From positions 3,844,001-3,908,000 of the forward strand of contig NC_043013.1 in NCBI RefSeq assembly GCF_006345805.1: a stretch of DNA of 64,000 nucleotides. Reading direction: 5' to 3'. Position 1 is the stretch's first letter. Each line of letters opens with the position of its first letter. This document shows positions 1 to 12,295 of the stretch, piece by piece. The position numbers and the translations under genes were made by a program. Source of the stretch: Octopus sinensis (taxonomy: Eukaryota). The notes under the pieces are model-generated. The model made no database searches. It saw nothing but the letters and a program-made list of their open reading frames with translations, and was not told where the DNA came from.

Positions 1-794
1 TATATATGTTTGTCTTTTCGTTTATTTTATTCATTTAAAACATTTTATCATGTTTTATCATCTTTACCCTTGCACAAATTGATTCAAGCTGTGGAATGTA
101 AGTTGGTCGATTCAGTCCATTATAAGAGAATCCCATATTTTCTAGATAATTGTGTAAACATTGTGTTACATAAGATGGTACATAAATGAATGAGTGTGAA
201 TGAGCACCTGTAATCAGGGTTAGTGTAGTTCTATGCAATGAAGCTTAAGGGTATGTGTACCTGTGATCAGGGTACATAACTTACGGCTATGAATATAAAT
301 AAGAAACTATAATTAAAGTAAATAGTTGTAAGATGAAATTGCGCATATCTACGTATATTTCTACTGATGTAAGAATAAATGTGTGTGCATAAATGCTGCT
401 TTGTGTGAACAGTAGAGTGGGTAATTGTTCAACAGATCTGTTGTGAAGTGCTGTATTCAATAAGGGTAAGTTTTCGAATCCTAGATTGGCATTCACTTTC
501 AAAGGTGAACTGATGGCTTTACCCGTTGGAGCTAGCATCTTTTGCCAAGTCATGTGATATGCAACCATCTCAAATGAAAAACACGTTAGGCATTGTAGTC
601 CCAGGTAGACTGAGGGAAAGAGATGTCGAGAAAGAGGAGAGAGAGAGAGAGTAGTATAGAGAAGAGAGATAAGAATGGTTATAGAAACAGGTAAATGCAC
701 AGAGAATGAAAGAAGTTCTGAAGTAGCTAGAGAGAAAGAAATGCGACCTGAGTGAATATTAGAAAGAAACCGTGTGTGTGCGCGTGTTTATATA

Positions 795-795
<1 letters not shown>

Positions 796-878
<83 letters not shown>

Positions 879-981
879 GTCTGTCTGTCTGTCTGTCCGT
901 CCGTCCGTCCGTCCGTCCGTCCGTCCGTCTGTCTGTCTATCTATCTCTATCTCTATCTATCTATCTATCTATCTATCTGTA

Positions 982-1027
<46 letters not shown>

Positions 1028-1070
1028 CCTATCCATCCATCCATCCATCCATCCATCCATCTATCTATCT
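796..1070. repeat. Compound tetranucleotide microsatellite (TCTA)n/(TCTG)n/(TCCG)n/(TCCA)n
   Basis: Seen directly; forms the left flank of the Tx1-like LINE. Confidence 0.95.
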
Positions 1071-4000
1071 ATGGCGGTAGTGGCACCGCGGTACTTTTTC
1101 ACAAGAGTCTGGATCTCAAAGTAAGGACAATATTCGTAGACCCGGAGGGTAGACTGGTCGTCCTGGATGTCGACGGCAGCAATGGGTGCGCTTTTCGACT
1201 CGTATCAGTCTACGCACCGCCCTTAACAGGTCGGGCGGATTTCTTTCAACGTCTAGAAGTATTCTTGGAACGTCTCGTCCTTTACTCTTAGTGGGGGATT
1301 GGAATGCTACCTTGGACACGCATGTAGACTACGGGGTAGAGATAGGAATAGAGGGGATGCAAATGCCTCAGAGACCTGCTCAGACGCTTTCAACTGTCTG
1401 ACAGGTTCCGACTAGACCACCCGAATGCGCCAACGTGGACATGGAGCAACCGCATCGGGTCGTCGAGATCGTATCTAGATAGGATACTGTGTAGGACAGT
1501 AGACAGAGATAGCATAGGATGTCCACAATTCCACATAGTCAGCTACACGGATCACAAACTTGTGACATGTACGCTAGACTTAGGTAAGACACTTAGGCAG
1601 GGTCCCGGATACTGGAAACTAAACGCGTCTTTCCCATCGAGACAGGTTTTCAGAGACCGGATTAGCACACTAGTAAAGAGGGCTTTGACGGGAGCCATCT
1701 ACAACAACAATTGGTGGTTTGCCCTCAAGAGAGCAGTAAAAGCAGAAGCGATTAGGTACAGCAAAGCACTAGCTATAGATAGAAATAGAGTAGAGGGTGA
1801 GCTAGTTAAGAAGCTAGAAGAGGCAATTAGAAGCGGCATCGCATCCGACGTTTTGGCGGCGAGGTTGGCCCTCGACCAACACTTCAACGCCAAACACGAA
1901 GAATGTGCTGTCAGAGCTAGGATGCGTGCTCTAAGGAACGAAGGTGTTGGAGCCGCGAGAGAGGCCCGGGTGGCAGAGGCGCAACAGGGCAACAAAGCCA
2001 CCATTCGGTCCTTGGTAGATGAACAGGGGCGCGCGAATTGCTCGAGCCAAGTAAAATGTGTGAGGCCTTTCAGCAGCATTTTGCCCGACTGTTCGGAACG
2101 AGTGGAGGGCAAGAACGTAGGGTGGACTTCAGTGCCTACCTACATAGCCTACCACGACTCTCGACAAGAAAGGCAGGGTGCTGCGAAGGTGCCATCACGG
2201 CGGCGGAAGTGCAGGAAGCGATGGCAGAATGCTCGAGGGACAAATCACCGGGTTTGGATGGTCTACCCTACGAGCTTAACAATTGTATGCCAGACTTGTT
2301 TGGAGATCTCTTGGCGGCGGTCTACTGCAACTGGCAGCAAAACGGGAGCATTCCTGGTTTTGTGAGCCGAGGAGCCGTAACACTGCTGAAGAAAGATCTA
2401 AACAAGGGAAATGTAATAGATAACTTTAGGCCCATCACTCTGCTTAATGCAGACTTGAAAATTTTGGCCAAGGTGCTAGCCAAGAGGTTGGCGCTTGTCA
2501 TCGAGAAACTGGTCGACAAGGCGCAAACATGCGCCGTGCCAGGCCGGACCATCCATGACAACCTCCACCTGATGCGCTACATCATAGACAGGGTAGTTAA
2601 CGAACCTGGCATGGGTGGGGCGCTGATCAATTTGGATCAATCGAAAGCTTTCGATAGGGTGGACCATCGATACTTAGAGGCGGTCCTCGGAGCGGCTGGC
2701 TTCGGTCCCGTCTTCCGCGGCTGGATAGCCGCTTTGTACAGAGGCATCCGTTCGGTAATTCGCGTGAATGGACATCTATCGAGACCCTTCGACATCGCAC
2801 GTTCGGTCCGTCAGGGATGCCCCCTCTCGTCGCTTATACGCATTGACTCTCGAGCCATTATTGCGGAAGCTGGCAACCTTGAGAGGCATCCCGCGAGAAC
2901 TGGGATGCGGGACGAGCGTGTCTGCATACGCGGACGACGTCACCGTCATAGTGTCTAGCCACGAGCACATCGAGCAGGTCGGCGAGACACTGAAAAACTA
3001 CGAAGCGGTGACAGGAGCGAAAATCAACCGGAAAAGTCAGTAGGCTTGCGACTAGGCACCTGGAGAAGCAATCCCATGCCGTCCACAGCGCCCTCCGTCG
3101 TGGGACGCTGGACCGACGGCCCGGTTGAGTTGCTCGGGGTCTGGTTTGGTCCGGACCTCCAAGTGGAGAAGAACTGGAACGAGATAACGAGTAGGGTGGT
3201 CACTCTCGCCCGGCAGTGGGCCGAGAGGAAACTGTCCCTAAAAGGTCGGGCGGAGGTGGCGAACACGTACATCGCGTCCGTCATCTACTACCGCCTGACC
3301 GTCGTACCTTGTCCCGACCCTACCATCACCAAACTACAACGCATTCTCTTTCGCTTCTTGTGGAAAGGATGCGTCCCGATGGTCAGGCGATCCATTTGCT
3401 GTCAACACCCGTTAAAAGGAGGGCTGGGCATGCCGTGGTTGATGATGCGCAGACACGCGCTGAGACTGCGACATCTCTGGCTCTATGTAGACGGCGGTGA
3501 ACAGGTGTGGTCGCCGTTTGTGAGGCACGCTTTCCCGCAGCTCGTCTCCATGACCGAACTGCAGTCGTGGATCAAAAAGAGGCCGAGGAAGGGCGAATGG
3601 CACCGCGAGTGTCGCGTTGCTCTCAAGCAACTCTGCCGTCCTGGGTCGACCTTGAGTGACTTCAACACAACCAAAGCATTCTATAGGGGTTTAGTGGAGG
3701 GGAGGTACGACGACGAGCTCGGGGCGAACCTGGACGTCGACGAGGAGTACCTGACCCGCCTGTTCGGACGACTTTCGGGCCAGGGCCCATGGACAACTTC
3801 CAGAGATCCCTGGCCTGGCAGTGCTACCGAGAAGCGCTACCCGTTCGGGATAAGCTCTACAGACACGGCTCGAGAAACACGGGGCCGACCTGCCCGAGAT
3901 GCGGTCAGAGCGACGAAACCGTTCTGCACGCACTCGTTCAGTGTCCAACAATTTCCGACCTGTGGGCTTGTGTCGAACAACTGCTGTCACGTGTGGGACG

Positions 4001-4308
4001 AGTCGGTTTATCAGCTGAGTCTATCGTCAATATTGTCACGCCTCCTTCCTTCAAACGGGAAGGAAGAGCTATTTCATCATCCTTGTGGCTATGGCGAAAG
4101 AATGTATCTGGTGGACGCGTCTGAAAGGATTGGAGACAACACTTTTCTCTCTGGTCAATCTCTCATCAACTTCTTCAAGTACCACTTGAAAAGGAAAGTG
4201 AGAGTAGAGAGGCAAGTTTTGTCTAGCGAATGTTTTAAAAAAAGATGGGTGAATGTAGCAAGAATGGCACGTATGAATGACGAAGCCACCTTGAGCATGA
4301 TCCTATGA
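1071..4308 (+). pseudogene. Frameshifted LINE ORF2 (APE-RT-CCHC)
   Basis: Domains are split across ORFs 752-1291, 1562-2365, 2038-2958, 2768-3043, 3046-4308 and 3789-4124; several frameshifts. Confidence 0.88.
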
Positions 4309-4680
4309 ACCCAGAAATTGAAAACAGAGAGTTGCTTATTTGCAAAAAAAAAAAAGAAAGAAATATAACATGTGACTTCATTGACCGAGGTTACCGTGGT
4401 CTTTTCCGTAGGCTTTTCTTTCCTCGGGTAAACCTCACCTGTCCTCCCCTTTACACTTCATATTGACATTTCTGTGATAACGATCCCTATTGATCAATTT
4501 TTTTTTCCTCTCCCCCTTTTTTTAACCCCCCTTTTTTTTGTCCTCTTTCTCTCCTTTTACGATCCCTTTTGATCGAAACTCCCCCTTCCTTTTTTTTTTT
4601 TTTTAAACCTTCAAAAGAAAAGCTCTACCTTGTAATTTGTTCTATCTGTGTGCAGCCCTGTGTGGCTAATAAAGAAACAT
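1071..4680 (+). mobile_element. Tx1/L1-clade non-LTR retrotransposon, 5'-truncated within the APE domain
   Basis: APE motifs (RLVSVYAP, LLVGDWNA), RT motifs (KSPGLDGLP, FRPITLLNADLKILAK, LDQSKAFDRV, SVRQGCPLS, YADD) and a C-terminal CCHC (CPRCGQSDETVLHALVQC). T-rich 3' UTR ends AATAAAGAAACAT. Candidate 12-bp TSD ATCTATCTATCT at 1059-1070 and 4681-4692. Confidence 0.9.
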
Positions 4681-4728
4681 ATCTATCTATCTGTCAGTCA
4701 GTCTGTCTGTCTGTCTGTCTGTCTGTCT
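4681..4728. repeat. (ATCT)n/(GTCT)n microsatellite, right flank of the LINE
   Basis: Seen directly. Confidence 0.9.
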
Positions 4729-5354
4729 GTTTCTCTCAGAATTTGACCACATATATGTTGGAAGTTAGGTATCTAAGTACTTCTATTGTGAGGAAGCCCT
4801 GGCTTTCATCAGGAGTGGTCCACATATCCATTCGTGATACATAGCCTGGGAGCTTATTTCAGTTCGGGAGTGAATCGTCATCACACGTCACTTCGTCGCA
4901 ATCACATGTCATATAGCTGCAATAGAATGCTGTATCACCAACAATAAAGTGATTTATCTTAGACATCACCCAGTAATCTATCAAGTCCATTTACACATTT
5001 CTCAATACATTCTGCTGTTAAGACGTTCCTCTCTCATTTTACGCCTCCATCGTTGATGGGTAGATTTGCTAGAAATCATAAAACTGCTCCACGCACCTTT
5101 AACAATAACTTCAAATGTTCTACGCTGAGACATAATTAATAAGGAACTGATTTAAATGATTAAAAAATCTCCAAACATATGTAAAAATCACACACGCACA
5201 CGTAAAAATCTCTCACACACACAGAGTGTGCATGAGTGTGCATGTATGTGTGTACTTGCAAGCGCATACATATATATTCACAGACACACGTACGCCCCAA
5301 CACACGTATATATGTATGCATGTAAGTTATACACATACACACACACGCACACAC

Positions 5355-5399
<45 letters not shown>

Positions 5400-5400
<1 letters not shown>

Positions 5401-6692
5401 TGGGTTGAGGAATAATTCATGAGCGTTTTTTTCATTTAAAAATGCACGCAGAAATAAAACGCGTTGGCAAAATATTTTATGTTATTTAAAAGAGAATTTT
5501 TTGCTCTACAAAATGGCGTGTTTTGATTTTTTAATTTTATTGATTTTTGTGTATTTTTAGATCATTAAAATGGAATGTCAAGTGGACAAAACTGAACATT
5601 TTCGACACCATTAGCTCTTTACATTAAAACGAAGTGTTAAGGCCGCCGAAGCTGCTCGTGAGATTTGGGCTGTGTATGGAGAAGTAGCAATGCCTCAAAA
5701 TACTGCCCGCTGTTGGTTCTCGCGTTTCAAAAATGAGAATCTTGACCTCAAGGAAGGAACACACACTGGTCGACCAATTGAGTTCGATGAAGAACGATTG
5801 AATCACCTTCACGAAAATCCACACCAAACGACCAGAGAATTGGTGGATGGACTGTGAAAAAAAAAAAAAAAACTGTGGTGAACCACCTTCATTCAACGGG
5901 CAAGGTTTAGAAACTCGGCGCTTGGGTGCCACACACTTTGGATGAAAACAACAAAAATCAACGCTCCATGATCGCTGCCTGTTTGTTCGTTCGACATCGC
6001 TCAACACATGATCGCAAACAGCGTTTTCTTTACCGCATTGTCACTGGCGATGAAAAATGGTGCCATTACGTCAATATGAAGCAGCGAAAAGATTGACTCA
6101 GCCCCGAAAAACAAGCAACTCTGTGAGCAAAACAAGACCTTCATCCTCGAAAGACCATGTTGGGTGTATGGTTAGACTGGGAAGGCAAAATTCATTAAGA
6201 AACTCCTTGAGCGCAACCGAACACTCAATGCAGAGATCTGAGTTCAACAACTATATCAACTCAACGAAGCAATTCAGCAAAAAAGACCGAACTGGCAAAA
6301 TGGTGTTCTTTTACAACACGACAACGCCCGTCCTCACATCGCCAAATATGACCAAAGCCGCGATTCAGGAACTGGAATGGGAAGCGCTGCCTCACCCTCC
6401 ATACTCTCCAGACTTGGCACCGTCAGATTTTCATATCTTTCGACCGCTTTCGAATGTTTTTGCGCGGTGTATCGTTCAATAATGACGTGGAATTGAGGGT
6501 TTGGTTGGGCGAATTCTTTGAGTCAAGACCAGGAGATTTCTATCGCCGAGGCATCGAAAAACTTATCGAACGATGGGAGGAAGTCGTAAACAACAACGGA
6601 GAGTATATTATTGATTAGTTTATCGTAGTTTTTTTTTTTGCTTAAAATATATTTGAAAAAAAAAAACACTCATGAATTATTCCTCACCCCAA
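5400..6692 (+). mobile_element. Full-length mariner DNA transposon (1293 bp), defective
   Basis: ~32-bp TIRs: TTGGGTTGAGGAATAATTCATGAGCGTTTTTT at the left and revcomp TTGGGGTGAGGAATAATTCATGAGTGTTTTTT at the right. TA at 6693-6694; the left TA reads CA inside a (CA)n tract. Confidence 0.93.
5570..6618 (+). pseudogene. Mariner DD34D transposase pseudogene
   Basis: ATG 5570, TAG 6618. Motifs WVPH, IVTGDEKW, HDNARPH and HPPYSPDLAPSDF; 34 residues between the 2nd and 3rd D after one frameshift correction. Internal stop and frameshifts. Confidence 0.92.
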
Positions 6693-6757
<65 letters not shown>

Positions 6758-6764
6758 AATGTAT

Positions 6765-6813
<49 letters not shown>

Positions 6814-7160
6814 ACACACACATATATTATATATATATAAAATAATGTGGGAGAGAGACAGCAGCAAGTTAAAGAAGAATAATGAAAAATTACCACGTGT
6901 TCCCGGAGTGAACCCCAATTCACTAAGCACAGTGTTCTTTCACCATAACCTATTGAATATCATTTAAAATTCAATATTGTTTCACCACCTCATCCTTGCC
7001 GATTACTACTTGCTAGCAACGATATATACTTCCATTTACCCCCTACCCCACCACTACATATTAGTTGGATAGTAATTGCAAGAAATTAATTGGTACTAAT
7101 TTTATTGTTGTTTGCCGAAGACAATGCAATATTTATTATATGATATATATTGCTGTATTT

Positions 7161-7580
7161 GGATCTTTTCGGTTTGAACGGCAGTTTTTAACATAATTTC
7201 TAGGTAACTAAAAAATTTTAAACTTCGTATACTGGTAGAATGTGTTTATAAAACATATTTTTCTCTTGGCTTTCTTGAGAAAATTCTATAGTTTGTAAGA
7301 TATTTGTTGTTTTTCTTCTTCAATTTCTGCAATTTCAACAAATCAGTGACGTCTATTGAGGTAAAAAAACATTCTGTGCCGTATGAATATGTCCCTCGTT
7401 TAAGAAACAGATTGGGTTTATTTACATTTGTGAAGAAAAAAAGATACCCTTCCCCCCCCAACCATAACCCTAACCCTAAAACAGATTGAAATACAATAGA
7501 TCGATACTAGGATCATAATTATGGGTGACAATTTCATACGACACCGCTAGAAAAAACTGCCGTTCAAACCGAAAAGATCC
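7161..7580. mobile_element. Non-autonomous TIR element (MITE), copy 1
   Basis: 29-bp TIR GGATCTTTTCGGTTTGAACGGCAGTTTTT; internal TAACCC repeats; near-identical copy at 13653-14107. Confidence 0.85.
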
Positions 7581-7866
7581 CGGTGTTGTTTAAGTTTAGG
7601 TGTATTGAGAGGGTGTGATCTAAAGTCAAGTACATTCAAAAGATGCTGACACCGTTTAAGCGCATTTAAAATATGCTGGTGTTGAAAATGAAATCGAGCT
7701 GATTTCAGCAGTTTTATAAACGTTTTACAAACACTTTGTGTTGGTTTTTATTCCTTCGATTGAGCGGATCATGTTTGTTTATTAGTTTAATTTTTAATGA
7801 AAAAACCCCACTAAACATTTGCACGAAAATGTATTTGTATTAATAGACGGTTAAACGGTCTGTATC

Positions 7867-8253
7867 GGGATGGAAGCACTCCGTCGGTTACGACGAGGGT
7901 TCCGGTTGATCCGAATCAACGGAACAGCCTGCTCGTGAAATTAACGTGTAAGTGGCTGAGCACTCCACAGACACGTGCACCCTTAACGTAGTTCTCGGGG
8001 ATATTCAGCGTGACACAGAGAGTGACAAGGCCGGCCCCTTGAAATACAGGTACAACAGAAACAGGAAGTAAGAGTGAGAGAAAGTTGTGGTGAAAGAGTA
8101 CAGCAGGGATCACCACCATCCCCTGCCGGAGCCTCGTGGAGCTTTTAGGTGTTTTCGTTCAATAAACGCTCACAACGCCCGGTCTGGGAATCGAAACTGC
8201 GATCCTACGACCGCAAGTCCGCTGCTCTATCCACTGGGCCATTGCGCCTCCAC
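7867..8253 (-). mobile_element. tRNA-derived SINE, family A (~385 bp)
   Basis: Head GTGGAGGCGCAATGGCCCAGTGG...GTTTCGATTCC; 15-bp TSD TAAACGGTCTGTATC at 7852-7866 and 8254-8268. Confidence 0.92.
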
Positions 8254-8343
8254 TAAACGGTCTGTATCACAATTGGATATTGGTGTATGTAAATATGTTT
8301 CACTCACTCACTCACTCTATCTCCCTCTCTCTCTACCAATTTG

Positions 8344-8530
8344 GGGAGGCGCTTGGCTTAATGGTTAGCATGTTGCACTTATGATCGTAAGATTGTACTT
8401 TCGATTCCGGGACTGGGTGATGCATTATGTTCTTGACCAAACTACTTAATTTCTCACTGACTTCAAGGCACTCAATTGGCAAAAATGAGTAATCTTGCAA
8501 CGGACCAGCGTCTCGTCTAGTTGAGGAGTA
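8344..8530 (+). mobile_element. Degenerate tRNA-derived SINE, family D (CORE-like middle)
   Basis: A-box/B-box-like head (TGGCTTAATGG...TTCGATTCC); middle resembles 56961 and 61441. Confidence 0.55.
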
Positions 8531-8587
8531 CCAGAATCTGGTAACTGGTCTTATGAGCCTATGGCTCTGGAAGTTCCTTTGATTCAT

Positions 8588-8626
<39 letters not shown>

Positions 8627-9077
8627 TTGTCCAGCTGTCTGCAAAAATGGATAGTTTTAATTTATTTAAATTTATGTTTTGGTTTATACATAGGTTAAGA
8701 TCTACAAGACTATTTAAATTCCTCAGCAACCTTACTTGGTCTATCAAGAAATAAGAAGTGACAAACTGGGACTTATTTTATTGATATCAAAATGATGAAA
8801 AGCGAACTTAAGATTGGAGAAATTTTAGGAGACAGATTAGTAAACACTAATAGACAGACAAATAGACAGAGAGACATATAAACGTAAAGATAGTTTGGTG
8901 TGTCATCATTTTTACCAGCACGTCACCCTTGAAGAAAGAAAATAATATCAAACTGGTATTTGTTGATGCTCTGATGTCAGGCAAAGAAGTGGCTATAAAT
9001 ATCAGTATATGGAAAACTAAAAAGTAGCGAAGTTACACCACTCCTAGAATGTTAAGAAATTGTATTATTTCCATATA

Positions 9078-9232
9078 GGCGCAGGGACGGCTGTGTGGTA
9101 AGAAGTTTGCTCTCTAACTACATGGTTCCGGGTTCAGTCCTACTGTGTGGCATCTTGGGCAAGTGACTTCTTCTATAGCCTCGACCCGACCAAAGCCTTG
9201 CCAGTGGATATGGTAAACTAAAAGAAGCCCAT
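9078..9232 (+). mobile_element. SINE family B, 5' half
   Basis: GGCGCAGG...GTGTGGTAAG...GGTTCAGTCC...TTGGGCAAGTG. Confidence 0.8.
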
Positions 9233-9374
9233 ACTAAGTATTTCATAAAATTTTGGATTTGCAATCAGTCAGCTTTTTCTTGTTGGCCACTTATTGTATT
9301 TATTATTCATTTTACTAATGATAATAATTAATAATAATATCTGTGTAAATATTTTCTAATATTTATTCATATAG

Positions 9375-9460
<86 letters not shown>

Positions 9461-9579
9461 CACCTATACATATATATATACTATATGGTATATATATACA
9501 TATACATATATATACATATATGTATATATATAACATATACATATATATACATATATGTATGTATATTATATATATATAT

Positions 9580-9637
<58 letters not shown>

Positions 9638-9683
9638 GTGTGTGTGTGTGTGGTGTGTGTGTGTGTGTGTGTGTGTGGTGTAA

Positions 9684-10016
9684 GTGGAGGTGCAATGGCC
9701 CAGTGGTTAGGGCAGCGGACTCGCAGTCATAGGATCGCAGTTTCGATTCCCAGACCGTGTGTTGTGAGCGTTTATTGAGCGATAACACTTAAATCTCCAC
9801 GAGGCTACGGCAGGGAATGGTAGCGAACCCTGCTGTACTCTTTCAGCAAAACTTTCTCTCACTCTTTCTTCCTGTTTCTGTTGTACCTCTGAATCTCACC
9901 ATGTACTACGTCAAGGGCACACGCGTCTGTGGAGTACTCAACCACTTGCACGTTAATTTCACGAACAGGCTGTTCCGTAGATAGGTTCAACTAGGATCCT
10001 CGTTGTCGTAATAGAC
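9684..10016 (+). mobile_element. SINE family A, internally deleted
   Basis: Homologous to 22985-23368. Confidence 0.85.
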
Positions 10017-10022
10017 TGTAGT

Positions 10023-10078
<56 letters not shown>

Positions 10079-10215
10079 GTATGTATGTATGTATGTATAT
10101 GTCTTTACTTGTTCTGTTTTCCATTTTTTCTCTCGTTATGTACTTAACTAGTTTGTTTACGTATTTCATGTTGTTTGAACCGTTGGTGACATCCTGCACC
10201 CATACGCATGGTATA

Positions 10216-10328
<113 letters not shown>

Positions 10329-10373
10329 TATATACATGCATATGTATATATATTATTACTATTACATATATTA

Positions 10374-10417
<44 letters not shown>

Positions 10418-10543
10418 ATATATGTATATATATGTATATATATATTGTATATATATATGTATATATATGTAATATATAATATATATATATGGAAAAACAA
10501 GTCAAAAATAGAAAATGCTAAAATAATTTTATAGTGAACATTT

Positions 10544-10581
10544 CAGTACCGGTTTCGGTCATTTTGAGACCTTTTCAACTG
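10544..10581 (-). ncRNA. Minimal type I hammerhead ribozyme motif (U3-A8 variant)
   Basis: Reverse complement of 10827-10864. Confidence 0.65.
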
Positions 10582-10826
10582 TAACGATTGAATAATTAAA
10601 TTTAGAAAAATTAGAAGAAAAGTTTTTTTAAAAGAATATTTCTATAGTAGTGTTCAGATTTAAGTGGCATTCTGCCTTTCTCTGACTCCCTTGTTTGCAC
10701 TTGAGTGTTGGAGGTCTGAACACTACTATAGAAATATTATAGAAATATTATAGAACACTACTATAGAAATATTCTTTTAAAAAAACTTTTCTTCTAATTT
10801 TTCTAAATTTAATTATTTAATCGTTA

Positions 10827-10864
10827 CAGTTGAAAAGGTCTCAAAATGACCGAAACCGGTACTG
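10827..10864 (+). ncRNA. Minimal type I hammerhead ribozyme motif (U3-A8 variant)
   Basis: CAG-UUGAAAA-GGUC(UCAAAAU)GACC-GAAA-CCGG-UA-CUG: stem I CAG/CUG, 4-bp stem II, palindromic ACCGGU stem III, GUA cleavage triplet. Confidence 0.65.
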
Positions 10865-10951
10865 AAATGTTCACTATAAAATTATTTTAGCATTTTCTAT
10901 TTTTGACTTGTTTTTCCATATATATCAACTCGTGTGTTCCTTTTCACCCTT

Positions 10952-11044
<93 letters not shown>

Positions 11045-12005
11045 GTGTGTGTGTGTATAATAGCTGCTAAATTTTACTTAAATCATGCATTCAGCTTGAA
11101 AACGATGTCTATACATTGCAGTAACGTTGTCTAACATAATATTTAAATGTACGACACTCGAGAAATAAGGACAGGATGGTAGTGGATAAAAACAGAGCCG
11201 ACCTGGGGCTAAACAGCAAACAATAACAGCAACAAGAACAACAACAGTATCACCAAAACAGCAATAACGACATCAAAAGTAAATATACAAACACACAGAT
11301 ACTTATACACACGCATGCACATACACGCACACACACACACACACAACATCAATAACTTCAATAAAAACATAACAGGGACAGCAATGACACTACGACGACG
11401 ACGTCGGCTACCGCCTCCAGCACAACCAACATACTATCCATACCACTACCACCACCACCACCACCACCACCACCACCACAACAACACAACAGGAACAACA
11501 ATAGCTACATAAACAATACGAATAATATCAGCAAATTTCGAAAGAACTAAAAACTTAAAACACAAATATAAATATAACCTTAAAAAACAAGAACAATGGG
11601 AAAGAATATAAAAAAAAAACATTAATAGAAGCAACGGTGACCCCTAAAGGGTTCCAAGTCTATAGAATTGAAAACAAAATAATTTCAAGTTACACAGTGC
11701 AATTACAAATAAACTTGATATTGTTTTTCAACTGTTGAGTGCAGACATTTACGTAAGTATAGATTCCTCTACCGTTGTAGACCCCTATCTCACTAAACCC
11801 CTAACTGTTCCCTGTCATAATGACGCTCTGTTCGTATTGACTGAACGCTGCGGCCATAGAGCAATAGAAACTTAATTCGCTTCTTAACTTGCTTAAGGTC
11901 ATTATTGGCTATTTGTATTCGCTGGGAGGGAAACCTTACAGGGTTCTATAACACCCGCCTAGGGAAGGAAAACATTTTTAGATTTGTTTAACGCTTTAGC
12001 CTTAG

Positions 12006-12084
<79 letters not shown>

Positions 12085-12090
12085 TATATA

Positions 12091-12260
12091 GGCGCAGGAG
12101 TGGCTGTCTGGTAAGTAGCTTGTTTACCAACCACATGGTTCCGGGTTCAGTCCCACTGCGTGGACCTTGGGCAAGTGTCTTCTACTATAGCCTCGGGCCG
12201 ACCAAAGCCTTGTGAGTGAATTTGGTAGACGGAAACTGAAAGAAGCCCGTCGTATATATG

Positions 12261-12295
<35 letters not shown>

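Larger units (their letters stand above)
10491..10917. repeat. Long foldback (arms ~10491-10658 and 10715-10917) in (TA)n, Penelope-type terminus in inverted orientation
   Basis: Arms are near-perfect reverse complements, with a 56-bp spacer and a ~35-bp duplication in the right arm; each arm carries a hammerhead motif. Confidence 0.9.

Noticed and set aside
752-1124. ORFs rich in YLSI/CLSV repeats, and all YIYI, VCVC, HTHT, MYVC, poly-I/N/L/K ORFs in the track
   Set aside because: They are translations of microsatellites with no domain content or splice evidence.
4794-4812. Minus-strand CUGAUGA followed by an AAGC/GCUU hairpin
   Set aside because: No GAAA follows stem II, so the hammerhead core is incomplete.
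7465-7479. TAACCC repeats as a true telomere or chromosome fusion site
   Set aside because: Short, and internal to a MITE present in several copies.
7867-8253. tRNA genes at SINE heads
   Set aside because: A/B-box-like heads continue into shared SINE bodies with TSDs; no complete cloverleaf was found.
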